A program made the translations under genes and the position numbers. Source: an uncultured Lachnospiraceae bacterium (GTDB lineage Bacteria > Bacillota > Clostridia > Lachnospirales > Lachnospiraceae). Taken from it: 64,000 nt of DNA. The DNA lies in the NCBI GenBank assembly GCA_910583605.1, contig CAJTXN010000014.1, forward strand, positions 3,797 through 67,796, given 5' to 3'. Below, piece after piece: positions 1 to 12,055 of this stretch (positions are counted from its first letter, which is position 1; every line of letters begins with the position of its first letter). Below the pieces are notes generated by a model. The model was given only the letters and a program-made list of their open reading frames with translations, was not told where the DNA came from and made no database searches.

Positions 1-2
1 AA

Positions 3-1451
3 TCCAATGCCAAAATCTATGTGGAAAAAGAGACGGGAGTAACCTTCCGGGATGTAGCCGGACAGGAAGAAGCAAAAGAATCCCTGAAAGAAATCGTGGA
101 TTTCCTTCACAATCCGGGAAAATATTCCAGTATTGGAGCTAAACTGCCGAAGGGCGCGCTGCTGGTGGGACCACCGGGAACCGGAAAGACACTGCTGGCA
201 AAGGCCGTAGCCGGAGAAGCAAAGGTACCGTTTTTCTCTCTGTCAGGTTCCGATTTTGTGGAAATGTATGTGGGCGTAGGTGCCTCCAGAGTCCGTGACC
301 TGTTTAAACAGGCGCAGCAGTCGGCGCCGTGTATCATTTTCATTGATGAGATTGATGCCATCGGAAAGAGCAGGGATTCCAAATACGGCGGCAACGACGA
401 ACGGGAACAGACCTTAAATCAGCTCCTGTCCGAGATGGACGGATTTGATACCTCCAAGGGATTATTGATCCTTGCTGCCACCAACCGTCCGGATGTACTG
501 GATAAAGCCTTGCTCAGACCGGGACGGTTTGACCGGAGGATCATCGTAGACCGTCCGGATATGAAGGGCCGGGTAAATATTTTAAAGGTACATTCCAGAA
601 ATGTATCCATGGATGAAACCGTGGATTTAAAGAAGATAGCACTGGCTACCTCTGGCGCCGTAGGTTCCGATCTGGCAAATATCATTAATGAAGCCGCCAT
701 CAATGCGGTCAAAAACGGACGAAGGGCAATCTCACAGGCAGACCTGTTTGAATCCGTGGAAGTGGTATTTGCAGGAAAAGAAAAGAAGGAAAGGATTTTA
801 AGTCCGAAGGAAAAGAAAATCGTGGCATATCACGAGGTGGGGCATGCACTGGTTGCGGTGCTGGAAAAGAAATCGGTTCCGGTACAGAAGATTACCATTG
901 TTCCGAGAACCATGGGTGCCCTGGGATATGTTATGCATGTTCCGGAGGAAGAAAAATATCTGGAAACCAAGGATGAGATGCTGGCAAGTATCGTAGGACT
1001 TATGGGAGGACGCGCCGCGGAAGAAATTGTATTTGAATCCGTGACCTCCGGCGCTGCCAATGATATGGAGAAAGCCACTGGTCTTGCGAAAAACATGATC
1101 GCAAGATTCGGCATGTCGGAAAAATTCGGATTAATGTCACTGGCAAAAGTAGAAAATGAATATCTGGACGGTTCCGCTCATTTAGACTGCTCCCAGGAAA
1201 CCGCAGCCGAACTGGATAAAGAGATACGGGAACTGTTAAAGAAATGCTATGACCGGGCAAAGGAACTGCTGCAGTCAAACAGGGAATCTTTGGATAAGAT
1301 CACGGAATATCTTTGTCAGGAAGAAACCATTACCGGTAAACAGTTTATGGAAATATTCAAAAAACTGAATCCCGATTTTGTGGAAATAAAAAATGATTTG
1401 GCAGAGGAGCTGGAAGAAGCAGTGGAATCCGTCAACTCAACAGAAAAATGA
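3..1451 (+). CDS. ftsH: ATP-dependent zinc metalloprotease FtsH, 5' part outside the window
   Basis: Walker A GPPGTGKT, Walker [26 protein letters not shown] zinc motif; frame is open to the window start. Confidence 0.95.
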   Translation, partial: SNAKIYVEKETGVTFRDVAGQEEAKESLKEIVDFLHNPGKYSSIGAKLPKGALLVGPPGTGKTLLAKAVAGEAKVPFFSLSGSDFVEMYVGVGASRVRDLFKQAQQSAPCIIFIDEIDAIGKSRDSKYGGNDEREQTLNQLLSEMDGFDTSKGLLILAATNRPDVLDKALLRPGRFDRRIIVDRPDMKGRVNILKVHSRNVSMDETVDLKKIALATSGAVGSDLANIINEAAINAVKNGRRAISQADLFESVEVVFAGKEKKERILSPKEKKIVAYHEVGHALVAVLEKKSVPVQKITIVPRTMGALGYVMHVPEEEKYLETKDEMLASIVGLMGGRAAEEIVFESVTSGAANDMEKATGLAKNMIARFGMSEKFGLMSLAKVENEYLDGSAHLDCSQETAAELDKEIRELLKKCYDRAKELLQSNRESLDKITEYLCQEETITGKQFMEIFKKLNPDFVEIKNDLAEELEEAVESVNSTEK

Positions 1452-1463
1452 GGAGTTCAGATC

Positions 1464-3299
1464 ATGTTTTGTATTGAAGAAGAACTTAAAAAGCTCCCGG
1501 GTTCGCCGGGAGTTTATTTAATGCATGATGAAAAAGACGAGATCATCTATGTGGGAAAAGCCATCAGTCTGAAAAACCGGGTGCGGCAGTATTTCCAGAG
1601 CAGCAGGAATAAAACGGCAAAAATTGAGCAGATGGTTTCTAAAATCTGCCGGTTTGAGTATATCGTCACGGATTCGGAACTGGAAGCCCTGATACTGGAA
1701 TGTAATCTGATCAAGGAGCACAGGCCGAAGTATAATACCATGCTGAAGGATGATAAAACATATCCCTATATCAAGGTGACACTGCATGAAGAATATCCGC
1801 GTATTTTTATAACCAGAAGCATGAAGAAGGATAAGGCCAAATATTTCGGACCCTATACCAGTGCAGGCGCAGTCAAGGATACCGTTGATTTATTGAGAAA
1901 AATATACCGGATTCGAAGCTGTGGCAAATCCCTTCCAAAAGAAATCGGAAAAGGCCGGCCATGTCTGAACTATCATATTAAGCAATGCGATGCCCCTTGT
2001 ATGGGATATATTTCTGCGGAGGAATACCGTAAAAACTTCAGTCAGATTGTGGACTTTCTCAACGGAAAATATGCTTCGGTTCTGGAAATGCTGGAACAGA
2101 AGATGTATGCGGCATCGGAAGCCATGGAGTTTGAGGAAGCCGCCGTATACCGGGATTTGATTCATAGTGTCAAAGCAATTTCCAACAAACAGAAAATCAC
2201 TTCCGACGAGGATACGGACCGGGATATACTGGCCTATGCCATGGAAGGAAACGATGCAGTGGTACAGGTATTTTTTATCCGCAGCGGAAAAGTTCTGGGA
2301 CGGGAACATTTTCATATTACACTGGCACCCCAGGATACCGGCAGACAGGTACTGACCAGTTTTATTAAGCAGTATTATGCAGGTTCCCCGTTTGTGCCAA
2401 AAGAACTGCTGGTACAGGAAGAAATTGAGGACGAAGAAATCATCAGCCGGTGGCTGACCCAGAAGCGGGGCGGAAAAGTGACCATTCGGCGGCCAAAAAA
2501 AGGGGATAAGGAAAAACTGGTAGAACTGGCAATGAGAAATGCGGCCATTGTACTGGAACAGGATAAAGATAAACTTCGCAGTGAAGAGCGCAGAACCAGA
2601 GGCGCCGTCCGGGAGATAACAGATTTGATCGGAATTGATTATACAAAGCGGATTGAGGCATTTGATATATCAAATATCAGCGGATTTGAATCGGTAGGTT
2701 CCATGATCGTCTATGAGGACGGCAGGCCGAAGCGCAATGATTACCGGAAGTTTAAGATTAAATGGGTAAAGGGTGCGGATGATTATTCCAGTATGCGGGA
2801 GGTTCTGACAAGGCGTTTTACCCACGGACTAAAGGAACTGGAAGAGTCGGAGTATGGAAGATTTACAAAATTTCCGGATTTGATCATGATGGACGGCGGA
2901 CGGGGACAGGTAAATATTGCTTTGGAAGTACTGGCGGAATTAAATCTGAATATACCGGTATGCGGAATGGTAAAAGATGACCATCACAGAACCCGGGGCT
3001 TGTATTATAACAATATTGAGATACCCATAGACAGACACGGAGAGGGATTCCGGCTGATCACCAGAATACAGGACGAAGCCCACCGGTTTGCCATTACTTA
3101 TCATAAGAGCTTAAGAAGTAAGGCGCAGGTTCATTCCGTACTGGATGATATCAAGGGCATCGGTCCGGCAAGAAGAAAAGCCCTGATGAAAGAATTTAAA
3201 ACCTTTGAAGCAATCCGGGAGGCGGGTGTTGAAGAACTGAAAAAAGTCCCGTCTATGAATGAAAGTGCCGCACAAAAGGTCTATGATTTTTTTCACTGA
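1464..3299 (+). CDS. uvrC: Excinuclease ABC subunit C
   Basis: GIY-YIG start [35 protein letters not shown]-terminal HhH GIGPAR. Confidence 0.97.
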   Translation: MFCIEEELKKLPGSPGVYLMHDEKDEIIYVGKAISLKNRVRQYFQSSRNKTAKIEQMVSKICRFEYIVTDSELEALILECNLIKEHRPKYNTMLKDDKTYPYIKVTLHEEYPRIFITRSMKKDKAKYFGPYTSAGAVKDTVDLLRKIYRIRSCGKSLPKEIGKGRPCLNYHIKQCDAPCMGYISAEEYRKNFSQIVDFLNGKYASVLEMLEQKMYAASEAMEFEEAAVYRDLIHSVKAISNKQKITSDEDTDRDILAYAMEGNDAVVQVFFIRSGKVLGREHFHITLAPQDTGRQVLTSFIKQYYAGSPFVPKELLVQEEIEDEEIISRWLTQKRGGKVTIRRPKKGDKEKLVELAMRNAAIVLEQDKDKLRSEERRTRGAVREITDLIGIDYTKRIEAFDISNISGFESVGSMIVYEDGRPKRNDYRKFKIKWVKGADDYSSMREVLTRRFTHGLKELEESEYGRFTKFPDLIMMDGGRGQVNIALEVLAELNLNIPVCGMVKDDHHRTRGLYYNNIEIPIDRHGEGFRLITRIQDEAHRFAITYHKSLRSKAQVHSVLDDIKGIGPARRKALMKEFKTFEAIREAGVEELKKVPSMNESAAQKVYDFFH

Positions 3300-3341
3300 T
3301 ATGGTAAAATAAGGACAGTTTAACAGTAAAGGAGAAATTCT

Positions 3342-4268
3342 ATGCAAGCAGTGAGTTTGTCAAAAATTATAGAAAAGATGGAGCTGGTCAACCTGACACC
3401 AGAAATCGACGTTGAGTCCATTAAGGTTGAACAGACGGATATTAATCGGCCTGCCTTACAGTTAACCGGTTTTTTTGACCATTTTCCAACGGACCGGGTG
3501 CAGGTTATCGGATACGTGGAATATACCTATCTGAAAGGCATGGAAGAGGAGCGGAAGAAGTATATATATGGAGAAATTCTCTCAAAAAAAGTACCGTGTA
3601 TTATTTTCTGCCGGGATCTGCAGCCCGACGATATATTGCTGGAACTGGCCAATAAACATGAAGTGCCAATTCTGGTTACCGGAACCACCACATCGGCATT
3701 TATGGCAGAGATCATCCGCTGGCTGAATGTGGAACTGGCGCCATGCATATCCATACACGGGGTGCTGGTGGATGTATATGGTGAAGGCGTGCTTATCATG
3801 GGTGAAAGCGGCATAGGGAAAAGTGAAGCCGCACTGGAACTGATCAAGCGGGGACATCGTCTGGTAACCGATGATGTGGTAGAAATCAGAAAAGTCAGTG
3901 ACGAGACACTGATCGGAACGGCTCCGGATATTACCAGACATTTTATTGAACTGCGCGGCATAGGTATTATAGATGTAAAGACTTTATTTGGTGTGGAAAG
4001 CGTAAAGGAAACCCAGGGAATCGATATGGTCATCAAACTGGAGGACTGGAACAAGGACAGAGAATATGACAGATTGGGACTGGAAGAGCAGTATACGGAG
4101 TTTCTCGGCAATAAAGTGGTCTGCCATTCCATTCCGATCCGTCCGGGACGGAATCTGGCAATTATTGTGGAATCAGCAGCCGTTAATCATCGTCAGAAGA
4201 AGATGGGATATAATGCCGCACAGGAATTATACAGAAGAGTTCAGGCAAATCTGGGAAAACATGAGTAA
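3342..4268 (+). CDS. hprK: HPr kinase/phosphorylase
   Basis: HGVLVDVYGEGVLIMGESGIGKSE, LVTDD, PGRNLA motifs. Confidence 0.97.
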   Translation: MQAVSLSKIIEKMELVNLTPEIDVESIKVEQTDINRPALQLTGFFDHFPTDRVQVIGYVEYTYLKGMEEERKKYIYGEILSKKVPCIIFCRDLQPDDILLELANKHEVPILVTGTTTSAFMAEIIRWLNVELAPCISIHGVLVDVYGEGVLIMGESGIGKSEAALELIKRGHRLVTDDVVEIRKVSDETLIGTAPDITRHFIELRGIGIIDVKTLFGVESVKETQGIDMVIKLEDWNKDREYDRLGLEEQYTEFLGNKVVCHSIPIRPGRNLAIIVESAAVNHRQKKMGYNAAQELYRRVQANLGKHE

Positions 4269-4329
4269 TAAAATGCAGTCAGTATAGACATAATGAAAAG
4301 ATAAATAACAAAGAGAAGGAGACAAAGAT

Positions 4330-5274
4330 ATGGAAAAAGTGTGTTTTGGTATTGATGTGGGAGGCACGACAGTAAAGATTGGATTGTTTTCGGACGAAGG
4401 GAAATTACTGGACAGCACAGAGATTCCCACCAGAAAAGAAGATAACGGAAGTCATATCCTTCCGGATATCTGCTCTGTCATTGAAGCCAGACTGGAAGCA
4501 CAGAATCTGACACGCAATGATTTAATCGGAGTAGGAATTGGCATACCCGGTCCGGTTACCAAAGACGGAACGGTGTTAAACTGTGTAAATCTGGGCTGGG
4601 GAATCATTAAGATAGAAGAAAAGCTGTCCCAGATGCTGGGCGGTGTTTTGGTGAAGGCAGGAAATGATGCAAATGTGGCAGCTCTCGGTGAAAACTGGCA
4701 GGGGGGCGGACAGGGGTTTGAAGACCTGATACTGATCACACTTGGAACTGGTGTAGGCGGCGGCGTTATTATAGGCAATGAGATCATTACGGGTTCCAAC
4801 GGAGCCGCCGGAGAAATCGGCCATATACCGACGGTGACGGGAGAAGAAGCCAGTCAGTGCGGCTGCGGAAAGTATGGCTGTCTCGAAACGGTAGCTTCTG
4901 CCACGGGAATCGTAAGAGAGGCGAAAAAACTTCTGGAGAAATCTTCGGAGCCTTCCGTACTGCGGGATATCATACCGTTTTCATGTAAGGATATTTTTGA
5001 TGCGGCAAAAGAAGGCGATAAGCTTTCCATGGAAGTGGTGGATAAGCTGGCATATTATCTGGGCACTGCGGCGGCGTCCATTGCGGCAGTCATTAATCCA
5101 CAGGTAATCGTCATCGGCGGCGGCGTCAGCAAAGCAGGAAAGTTCCTGTTGGATAAGATAGAAGAAAACTTTATGGCAGGTGCATTCCATGCATGTAAAA
5201 ATGCTAAATTTGCACTTGCCACACTGGGAAATGATGCCGGAATGTATGGTGCGGCAGCATTGATATTGGATTAA
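4330..5274 (+). CDS. ROK family glucokinase
   Basis: GIDVGGT, NDANVAALGE, GEIGH, CGCGKYGCLE. Confidence 0.92.
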   Translation: MEKVCFGIDVGGTTVKIGLFSDEGKLLDSTEIPTRKEDNGSHILPDICSVIEARLEAQNLTRNDLIGVGIGIPGPVTKDGTVLNCVNLGWGIIKIEEKLSQMLGGVLVKAGNDANVAALGENWQGGGQGFEDLILITLGTGVGGGVIIGNEIITGSNGAAGEIGHIPTVTGEEASQCGCGKYGCLETVASATGIVREAKKLLEKSSEPSVLRDIIPFSCKDIFDAAKEGDKLSMEVVDKLAYYLGTAAASIAAVINPQVIVIGGGVSKAGKFLLDKIEENFMAGAFHACKNAKFALATLGNDAGMYGAAALILD

Positions 5275-5288
5275 AGGAAGGTATATGC

Positions 5289-6221
5289 ATGGATTCATGG
5301 TATAAGGAACTGGTATCTATAGCAGGAAATCAATGCGTAAGCCGGGAAGAGGATATGATCAGGCATACTTCGTTCCGGGCTGGCGGCAGGGCAAAATATT
5401 TTGTGCAGCCGGAGGATAAGGAAACGGTAATTGCTCTCATCCGGCTTCATTCGGAACATCAAATGCCTTACTATATTATGGGAAACGGCAGTAATCTGTT
5501 GGTGTCGGACAGCGGATATGACGGTACGATAATAAAAATAGGCAGCGGATTGGACCGGGTGTCTGTGGACGGTCAGGTTATTTATGCGGAAAGCGGGGCC
5601 ATGGTGGCAAAAGCAGCCTTACTGGCGGCCCGCCATTCCTTGTCCGGTATGGAATTTGCAGCCGGAATTCCGGGAAGTATAGGCGGAGCCGCTGCCATGA
5701 ATGCGGGAGCTTACGGTGGGGAAATAAAAGATATTTTTATCGAAGCCGAGGCGGCGGACCGGTCAGGAAATATTGTTGTCCTGAAAAAAGCGGATATGGA
5801 ATTCGGATACAGAACCAGTGTGCTCCAGTCCGGTGAATATGTGGTGTTATCCGTAAAATTAGGGCTGAATTCCGGCAAAGCAGAGGAAATCAGCGAAAAA
5901 ATGAATGAATATATGACGGCAAGAAAGGAAAAACAGCCGTTGGAATTTCCCAGTGCGGGAAGTACGTTTAAACGTCCGGAGGGACATTTTGCGGGAAAAC
6001 TGATCATGGATGCCGGACTGGCAGGATACAGTGTGGGAGGAGCCTGTGTTTCGGAAAAACACTGCGGATTTGTAATCAATAAATCCGGCGCTACTGCAGA
6101 GGATATTCTGACACTTATGGAAGATGTCAGAAAAATTGTATATGAGAGATTCGGAGTAATATTGGAACCTGAGGTAAAAATTATAGGAAACAGGATTTGG
6201 AGGCAGCTATGCGATTTGTAA
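5289..6221 (+). CDS. murB: UDP-N-acetylmuramate dehydrogenase
   Basis: GNGSNLLV, GIPGSIGGA..MNAGAYG, PSAGSTFKRP, LEPEV. Confidence 0.96.
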   Translation: MDSWYKELVSIAGNQCVSREEDMIRHTSFRAGGRAKYFVQPEDKETVIALIRLHSEHQMPYYIMGNGSNLLVSDSGYDGTIIKIGSGLDRVSVDGQVIYAESGAMVAKAALLAARHSLSGMEFAAGIPGSIGGAAAMNAGAYGGEIKDIFIEAEAADRSGNIVVLKKADMEFGYRTSVLQSGEYVVLSVKLGLNSGKAEEISEKMNEYMTARKEKQPLEFPSAGSTFKRPEGHFAGKLIMDAGLAGYSVGGACVSEKHCGFVINKSGATAEDILTLMEDVRKIVYERFGVILEPEVKIIGNRIWRQLCDL

Positions 6222-7069
6222 TCATTACCGGTATGTCAGGTGCGGGAAAAAGTTCGGCGTTGAAAATGCTGGAGGATAATAATTTTTTCTGTGTGGATAA
6301 TCTGCCCATTGAACTGATCATTAAATTTGCGGAACTGACCTTTAACAATTCATCGGATAAAAACAGAGATGTTGCATTGGGACTGGATATACGGAGCGGT
6401 CAGGCGCTGCAGGAACTGGAGGAAGTTCTGGATCAGATGACTGCGCTGAAATATTCTTATGAGATATTATTTCTGGATGCCAATGACGAAACACTGATCA
6501 AGCGTTTTAAGGAAACCAGAAGAGCCCATCCGTTGGCGCCGGAGGGCAGGGTGGATGAAGGGATTGCTTTGGAACGAAAGGAACTGGATTTTTTAAGAAG
6601 CCGGGCGGATTACATAATTGATACCAGCCGTCTGCTGACCAGGGAACTGAAACTGGAAGTTGAGAATATTTTTATACGGAATTATAAATTTAATAATCTG
6701 TTTGTTACAATTTTATCCTTTGGATTTAAATATGGAATTCCGTCGGATGCCGATTTGATTTTTGATGTCAGATTTATGCCGAATCCATATTATATAGAAG
6801 AATTAAAAGTACAGACGGGAAATGATGAAGCCGTAAAGGAATATGTTATGAATTCCGGGGTTTCCAAAGAATTTTTAAAAAAACTGGAAGATATGATAGA
6901 ATTCCTGATACCAAACTATATTGCGGAAGGCAAAAACCAGCTTGTGATCGGTATCGGGTGTACAGGCGGAAAACACCGTTCCGTGACGGTTGCCAATGCC
7001 ATATATGAAAAATTGTCAGAGGACAAAGATATCGGTATCAAGGTAACCCATCGGGATATAGCTTTATAA
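6209..7069 (+). CDS. rapZ: RNase adapter RapZ/YvcJ P-loop protein
   Basis: IITGMSGAGKS, CVDNLP, GCTGGKHRSV; ATG 6209 follows GGAGG. Confidence 0.93.
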   Translation: MRFVIITGMSGAGKSSALKMLEDNNFFCVDNLPIELIIKFAELTFNNSSDKNRDVALGLDIRSGQALQELEEVLDQMTALKYSYEILFLDANDETLIKRFKETRRAHPLAPEGRVDEGIALERKELDFLRSRADYIIDTSRLLTRELKLEVENIFIRNYKFNNLFVTILSFGFKYGIPSDADLIFDVRFMPNPYYIEELKVQTGNDEAVKEYVMNSGVSKEFLKKLEDMIEFLIPNYIAEGKNQLVIGIGCTGGKHRSVTVANAIYEKLSEDKDIGIKVTHRDIAL

Positions 7070-7102
7070 GAGGGAAGCCTGCGGATATGCGGAGGTATAG
7101 AA

Positions 7103-8071
7103 ATGTCATTTTCAGGTAAGGTAAAGGATGAACTGTCCAGGCAGAGTACCGCTGCCAGACACTGCCAGATTGCAGAGATTGCTGCAATCATCAGTCTGTG
7201 CGGCCGGATTCAGATATCTGCGAATGAAACCTATATGGTAAAAATTCACACGGAAAATATTGCCGTTGCGAGAAAGTACTTTACATTATTGAAAAAAACA
7301 TATAATATAGATACGGAAATTTCCATACGCCGCAGCAAGAGGCAGGCAAAAAACAGTGTGTATACCGTGGCTGTGCTGAATCACCGGAATGCAGTCCGGA
7401 TACTGCAGTCCTGCAGACTGATGGATGCCGGCGGTGAGATTAAGGAAAATCTGTCATTAACAGATAATCTCATCGTACAGAAGGACTGCTGTAAGCGTGC
7501 TTTTATACGCGGAGCATTTCTTTCTTCAGGTTCCATCAGCGCACCGGAGAAGTTTTACCACTTTGAAATTGTATGTGCCGCATATGAAAAAGCGGTTCAG
7601 CTGCAGAAAATGATATTAAGTTTTCAAATTGATGCGAAAATAGTTGAAAGAAAGCGACATTATGTGGTATATATAAAAGAGGGCTCCGGAATCGTGGACA
7701 TTCTGAATGTGATGGAAGCCCATGTGGCGTTAATGGATCTGGAAAATGTTAGAATATTAAAAGAGATGCGCAACACCGTAAACCGCAAGGTAAACTGCGA
7801 GACGGCGAATCTTAAGAAAACAGTTTCCGCTGCCGTAAAACAGATTGAGGATATCCAATATATCCGGGATACCATAGGATTGGAAAAATTGTCAGAGGGA
7901 TTGGAAGAAATTGCCCGGCTGCGATTGGAACATCCGGATGCATCTCTGAAAGAACTGGGAGAGATGCTCTCACCTGCCGTAGGAAAATCAGGAGTAAATC
8001 ACAGATTGCGGAAAATCAGTGAAATTGCAACTGACCTTCGGGGAAATAATAAAATATCTGTTTCGGAATAG
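7103..8071 (+). CDS. whiA: DNA-binding protein WhiA
   Basis: MSFSGKVKDEL start, FIRGAFL, NRKVNCETANL, KSGVNHRLRK; follows rapZ. Confidence 0.95.
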   Translation: MSFSGKVKDELSRQSTAARHCQIAEIAAIISLCGRIQISANETYMVKIHTENIAVARKYFTLLKKTYNIDTEISIRRSKRQAKNSVYTVAVLNHRNAVRILQSCRLMDAGGEIKENLSLTDNLIVQKDCCKRAFIRGAFLSSGSISAPEKFYHFEIVCAAYEKAVQLQKMILSFQIDAKIVERKRHYVVYIKEGSGIVDILNVMEAHVALMDLENVRILKEMRNTVNRKVNCETANLKKTVSAAVKQIEDIQYIRDTIGLEKLSEGLEEIARLRLEHPDASLKELGEMLSPAVGKSGVNHRLRKISEIATDLRGNNKISVSE

Positions 8072-8099
8072 CAGATAAAAGAAAGGCATGGAAAGTATT

Positions 8100-8363
8100 A
8101 TGATATCGAAAGACATGACAATTGAGATTAAGACCGGACTGGAAGCCAGACCGGTAGCTGTATTTGTTCAGGTAGCAAGTCAGTTCGAAAGTAAGATTTA
8201 TGTTGAGTATGAAAGTAAGAAAGTGAATGCAAAGAGCATTATGGGTATGATGACATTAGGACTGGGCGCAGGTGAAAAAGTAGTCATATCTGCAGATGGT
8301 GAAGATGAAGAAGCTGCTATCAAAAGCATAGAAAAATATTTGAGCAGCAACGATGCCCAATAA
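8100..8363 (+). CDS. HPr family phosphocarrier (Crh-like; the His15 position is Glu)
   Basis: GLEARP and VNAKSIMG motifs; rapZ-whiA-HPr gene order. Confidence 0.9.
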   Translation: MISKDMTIEIKTGLEARPVAVFVQVASQFESKIYVEYESKKVNAKSIMGMMTLGLGAGEKVVISADGEDEEAAIKSIEKYLSSNDAQ

Positions 8364-8480
8364 TAGATCAGAACGTTAAAACGGTTGTGTATGCGGCAGT
8401 TTGTTTTATACCGCATACGTGACCGCTTTTTTATCATATAGGAAAGTGTTCCATAAAATTACGAAAGGTCTGGTTAACAT

Positions 8481-11400
8481 ATGGCATTTACACATTTGCA
8501 CGTGCATACGGAATACAGTCTGCTGGACGGTTCCTGCAAAATTAAGGAAATCGCAGAGCGGGCAAAAGAACTGGGCATGGATAGTCTGGCAATCACCGAC
8601 CATGGCGTTATGTACGGTGTTATTGATTTCTACAGGGCGGCAAAAGCAGCAGGAGTGAAGCCTGTCATCGGCTGCGAAGTATATGTGGCTCCCGGTTCCC
8701 GGTTTGATAAAGAAACCGGGAATAACGAAGAAAAATATTATCATCTGGTATTACTGGCTGAAAATAATACCGGTTATTCCAATCTGATGAAAATTGTATC
8801 AAAGGCATTTGTGGAAGGATTTTACTATAAACCCCGTGTGGATTATGAACTGCTGAAAGAATACGGGGAAGGAATCATAGCATTAAGTGCCTGCCTGGCA
8901 GGGGAGGTACAGCGGTATCTTTCAAGAGGCTTTTATGAGGAAGGAAAAAAGGCGGCATTAAAATATCAGGAGATTTTCGGAAAAGGAAATTTTTTTCTGG
9001 AATTACAGGACCACGGAATACCGGAACAAAAAGCGGTGAATTCCGGCCTTTTACGGATGAGTAAGGAATTGGGGATTGAGCTGGTGGCAACCAATGACGT
9101 TCATTACATAAATGCAGAGGATGCACAGGCCCATGATATCCTGTTATGCATCCAGACGCAGAAAAAGGTGCAGGATGAAGACCGGATGCGGTATGAAGGC
9201 GGTCAGTATTATCTGAAATCGGAAGAAGAAATGAAAGCATTGTTTCCTTATGCGTTAGAAGCTTTGGAGAATACCCATAAAATCGCAGAGCGATGCAATG
9301 TGGAAATCGAATTTGGCGTGACAAAACTTCCGAGATATGATGTGCCGGAGGGATACACTTCCTGGGAATATCTGAATCATTTATGTTATAAGGGATTACA
9401 TAAAAAATATCCGGCGGCGGAACAGGCTTTGGAGGAACGGCTGAAATACGAGCTGGAGACCATTCAAACCATGGGATATGTAGACTATTTCCTGATCGTA
9501 TGGGATTTTATTAATTATGCAAAACAGAACCATATCATGGTAGGGCCGGGCCGGGGCTCGGCGGCAGGCAGCATTGTATCTTATTGTCTGGGCATTACGG
9601 ATATTGACCCGATGAAATATGATCTGCTGTTTGAGCGTTTTTTAAATCCGGAACGTGTATCCATGCCGGATATTGACGTGGATTTCTGTTATGAAAGGCG
9701 TCAGGAAGTGATTGATTATGTGGTGGAAAAATACGGCAAGGACCGGGTGGTGCAGATTGTCACCTTTGGAACCCTGGCGCCCAGAAACTGTATCCGGGAT
9801 GTGGGACGGGCTCTGGATTTGCCGTATGCCACGGTGGATACCGTTGCCAAAATGATTCCGAATGAAATCGGTATTACCATTGAAAAGGCGCTGAATGGCA
9901 ATTTTGATTTACGAAATCTGTATCAGGGCGATGAAGAAATAAAATATCTGATTGATATGGCAAAGCGTCTGGAGGGGCTTCCAAGGCATACCTCCATGCA
10001 TGCCGCCGGCGTAGTGATCAGTCAGAAGTCGGTGGATGAATATGTACCGCTGTCCAGAGCTTCGGACGGAACCATAGTGACACAGTTTGTTATGACTACA
10101 CTGGAGGAACTGGGACTGTTAAAAATGGATTTTCTGGGACTGCGAACCCTGACCGTGATTCAGAATGCCGTAAAGTTTGCGGAAAAATCCAAAGGCATAA
10201 AACTGGACATGAATAACATTGATTATAATGATAAGGCGGTGCTGGACTATATCGGAACCGGAAAGACCGATGGTATATTCCAGCTTGAAAGCGGCGGAAT
10301 GAAAGGGTTTATGAAGGAATTAAAACCCCGGAACCTGGAAGATATCATTGCGGGAATATCCCTTTACCGTCCCGGTCCCATGGATTTTATTCCGAAATAT
10401 CTGGAGGGTAAGAATAATTCTGAAAGCATTACATATGATTGTCCCCAGCTTGAGAAAATCCTGAAACCTACTTATGGCTGTATCGTTTATCAGGAACAGG
10501 TTATGCAGATCGTGCGGGAACTGGCAGGATATACGCTGGGCAGAAGCGACCTGGTCCGAAGGGCCATGTCCAAGAAAAAGGCCAGTGTAATGGAAAAAGA
10601 GCAGCATAACTTTGTATACGGTAATGAGGAAGAGGGAGTAAAGGGCTGTATCGCAAACGGTATCAGCGAGGAAATTGCGGTTAAGATATACAATGATATG
10701 ATGGATTTTGCGAAATATGCGTTTAACAAATCCCATGCGGCAGCCTATGCGGTAGTGTCCTATCAGACCGCATATCTGAAATATTACTATCCGGTGGAAT
10801 TTATGGCTGCCCTTATGACTTCTGTTATTGATAATACCGCAAAGGTATCGGAATATATCATGGCTTCGAGAAACCTTGGAATCCGAATCTTACCGCCGGA
10901 TATCAATGAAGGAGAAAGCGGATTTTCCGTTTCGGAAAATGCCATCCGGTATGGATTAAGTGCTTTAAAAAGTGTGGGGCATACGGTAATTGATATTGTG
11001 GTCCGGGAACGGGAGGCCAACGGAAAATTTAAAAATCTGACGGATTTTGCCACCCGGTTATCTGGCAGAGAAGTGAACAAACGGACCGTTGAAAGTTTTA
11101 TTAAAGCGGGGGCGTTTGACAGTCTGGAAGGAAACCGCAGACAGCTGATGCAGGTATATAATTCAGTGCTGGATCAGGTCAATGAGGATAAAAAGAAGTC
11201 AATCACCGGTCAGATGTCTTTATTTGATCTGGTTCCGGAAGAAGAAAAATCCGCATACGAAATCAGTCTGCCGAATGTGGAAGAATACAGCAGGGAGGAA
11301 CTGCTGGCATTTGAAAAAGAAGTATTGGGTATTTATGTATCGGGTCATCCGCTGGAGGAATATGAGGAAAAATGGAGTAAAAATATTACTGCACAGACCA

Positions 11401-11948
11401 GGGATTTTGTACCGGATGAAGAGGGAAAGACCACTGTTGCGGATAATGAACCGGTAATCATAGGAGGAATGATAACCAATATAACAATAAAACCCACTAA
11501 GACCGGAAAGACCATGGCATTTCTCACGCTGGAAGATTTGGTGGGGACCATTGAAGTAATTGTATTTCCGAATATATTTGAGCGGCAGCGCTATATGATT
11601 CAGAACGATGCAAAAGTTTTTATTAAAGGAAAGGTATCTCTGGGGGATGATGAACAAGGGAAAGTAATCTGTGACAGGATCATTGAATTTTCAAAGGTTC
11701 CCAGGGAATTATGGATACAGTTTCAGGATAAGGAAGCATATCTGGATAAAGAAAAAGAATTATTTTCCCTGCTGGAGGAATCCGACGGCAATGATACCGT
11801 GATCATTTACTGTAAAACAGAGAAGGCGAAGAAGATACTGCCGGAACGCTGGCGCATCCATGCGGATAAAGCACTGGTAAAAAGAATCGGGCTGGAATTT
11901 GGAGAGAATAATGTAAAAGTTGTTGAAAAAAATATTGAAAACAATTGA
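8481..11948 (+). CDS. dnaE: DNA polymerase III alpha subunit
   Basis: HLHVHTEYSLLDG PHP start, GPGRGSAAGS, MPDIDVDF, FNKSHAAAY; no intein-sized insertion. Confidence 0.98.
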   Translation: MAFTHLHVHTEYSLLDGSCKIKEIAERAKELGMDSLAITDHGVMYGVIDFYRAAKAAGVKPVIGCEVYVAPGSRFDKETGNNEEKYYHLVLLAENNTGYSNLMKIVSKAFVEGFYYKPRVDYELLKEYGEGIIALSACLAGEVQRYLSRGFYEEGKKAALKYQEIFGKGNFFLELQDHGIPEQKAVNSGLLRMSKELGIELVATNDVHYINAEDAQAHDILLCIQTQKKVQDEDRMRYEGGQYYLKSEEEMKALFPYALEALENTHKIAERCNVEIEFGVTKLPRYDVPEGYTSWEYLNHLCYKGLHKKYPAAEQALEERLKYELETIQTMGYVDYFLIVWDFINYAKQNHIMVGPGRGSAAGSIVSYCLGITDIDPMKYDLLFERFLNPERVSMPDIDVDFCYERRQEVIDYVVEKYGKDRVVQIVTFGTLAPRNCIRDVGRALDLPYATVDTVAKMIPNEIGITIEKALNGNFDLRNLYQGDEEIKYLIDMAKRLEGLPRHTSMHAAGVVISQKSVDEYVPLSRASDGTIVTQFVMTTLEELGLLKMDFLGLRTLTVIQNAVKFAEKSKGIKLDMNNIDYNDKAVLDYIGTGKTDGIFQLESGGMKGFMKELKPRNLEDIIAGISLYRPGPMDFIPKYLEGKNNSESITYDCPQLEKILKPTYGCIVYQEQVMQIVRELAGYTLGRSDLVRRAMSKKKASVMEKEQHNFVYGNEEEGVKGCIANGISEEIAVKIYNDMMDFAKYAFNKSHAAAYAVVSYQTAYLKYYYPVEFMAALMTSVIDNTAKVSEYIMASRNLGIRILPPDINEGESGFSVSENAIRYGLSALKSVGHTVIDIVVREREANGKFKNLTDFATRLSGREVNKRTVESFIKAGAFDSLEGNRRQLMQVYNSVLDQVNEDKKKSITGQMSLFDLVPEEEKSAYEISLPNVEEYSREELLAFEKEVLGIYVSGHPLEEYEEKWSKNITAQTRDFVPDEEGKTTVADNEPVIIGGMITNITIKPTKTGKTMAFLTLEDLVGTIEVIVFPNIFERQRYMIQNDAKVFIKGKVSLGDDEQGKVICDRIIEFSKVPRELWIQFQDKEAYLDKEKELFSLLEESDGNDTVIIYCKTEKAKKILPERWRIHADKALVKRIGLEFGENNVKVVEKNIENN

Positions 11949-12055
11949 AAAATGAATTACAATAGGAATCAATGTTTTTATATTAAAAAGACTTCCTGAT
12001 TTATGTGTATGATTGAGAAAAAGAATATATGAGAAAGATTAATGGAGGAATTATC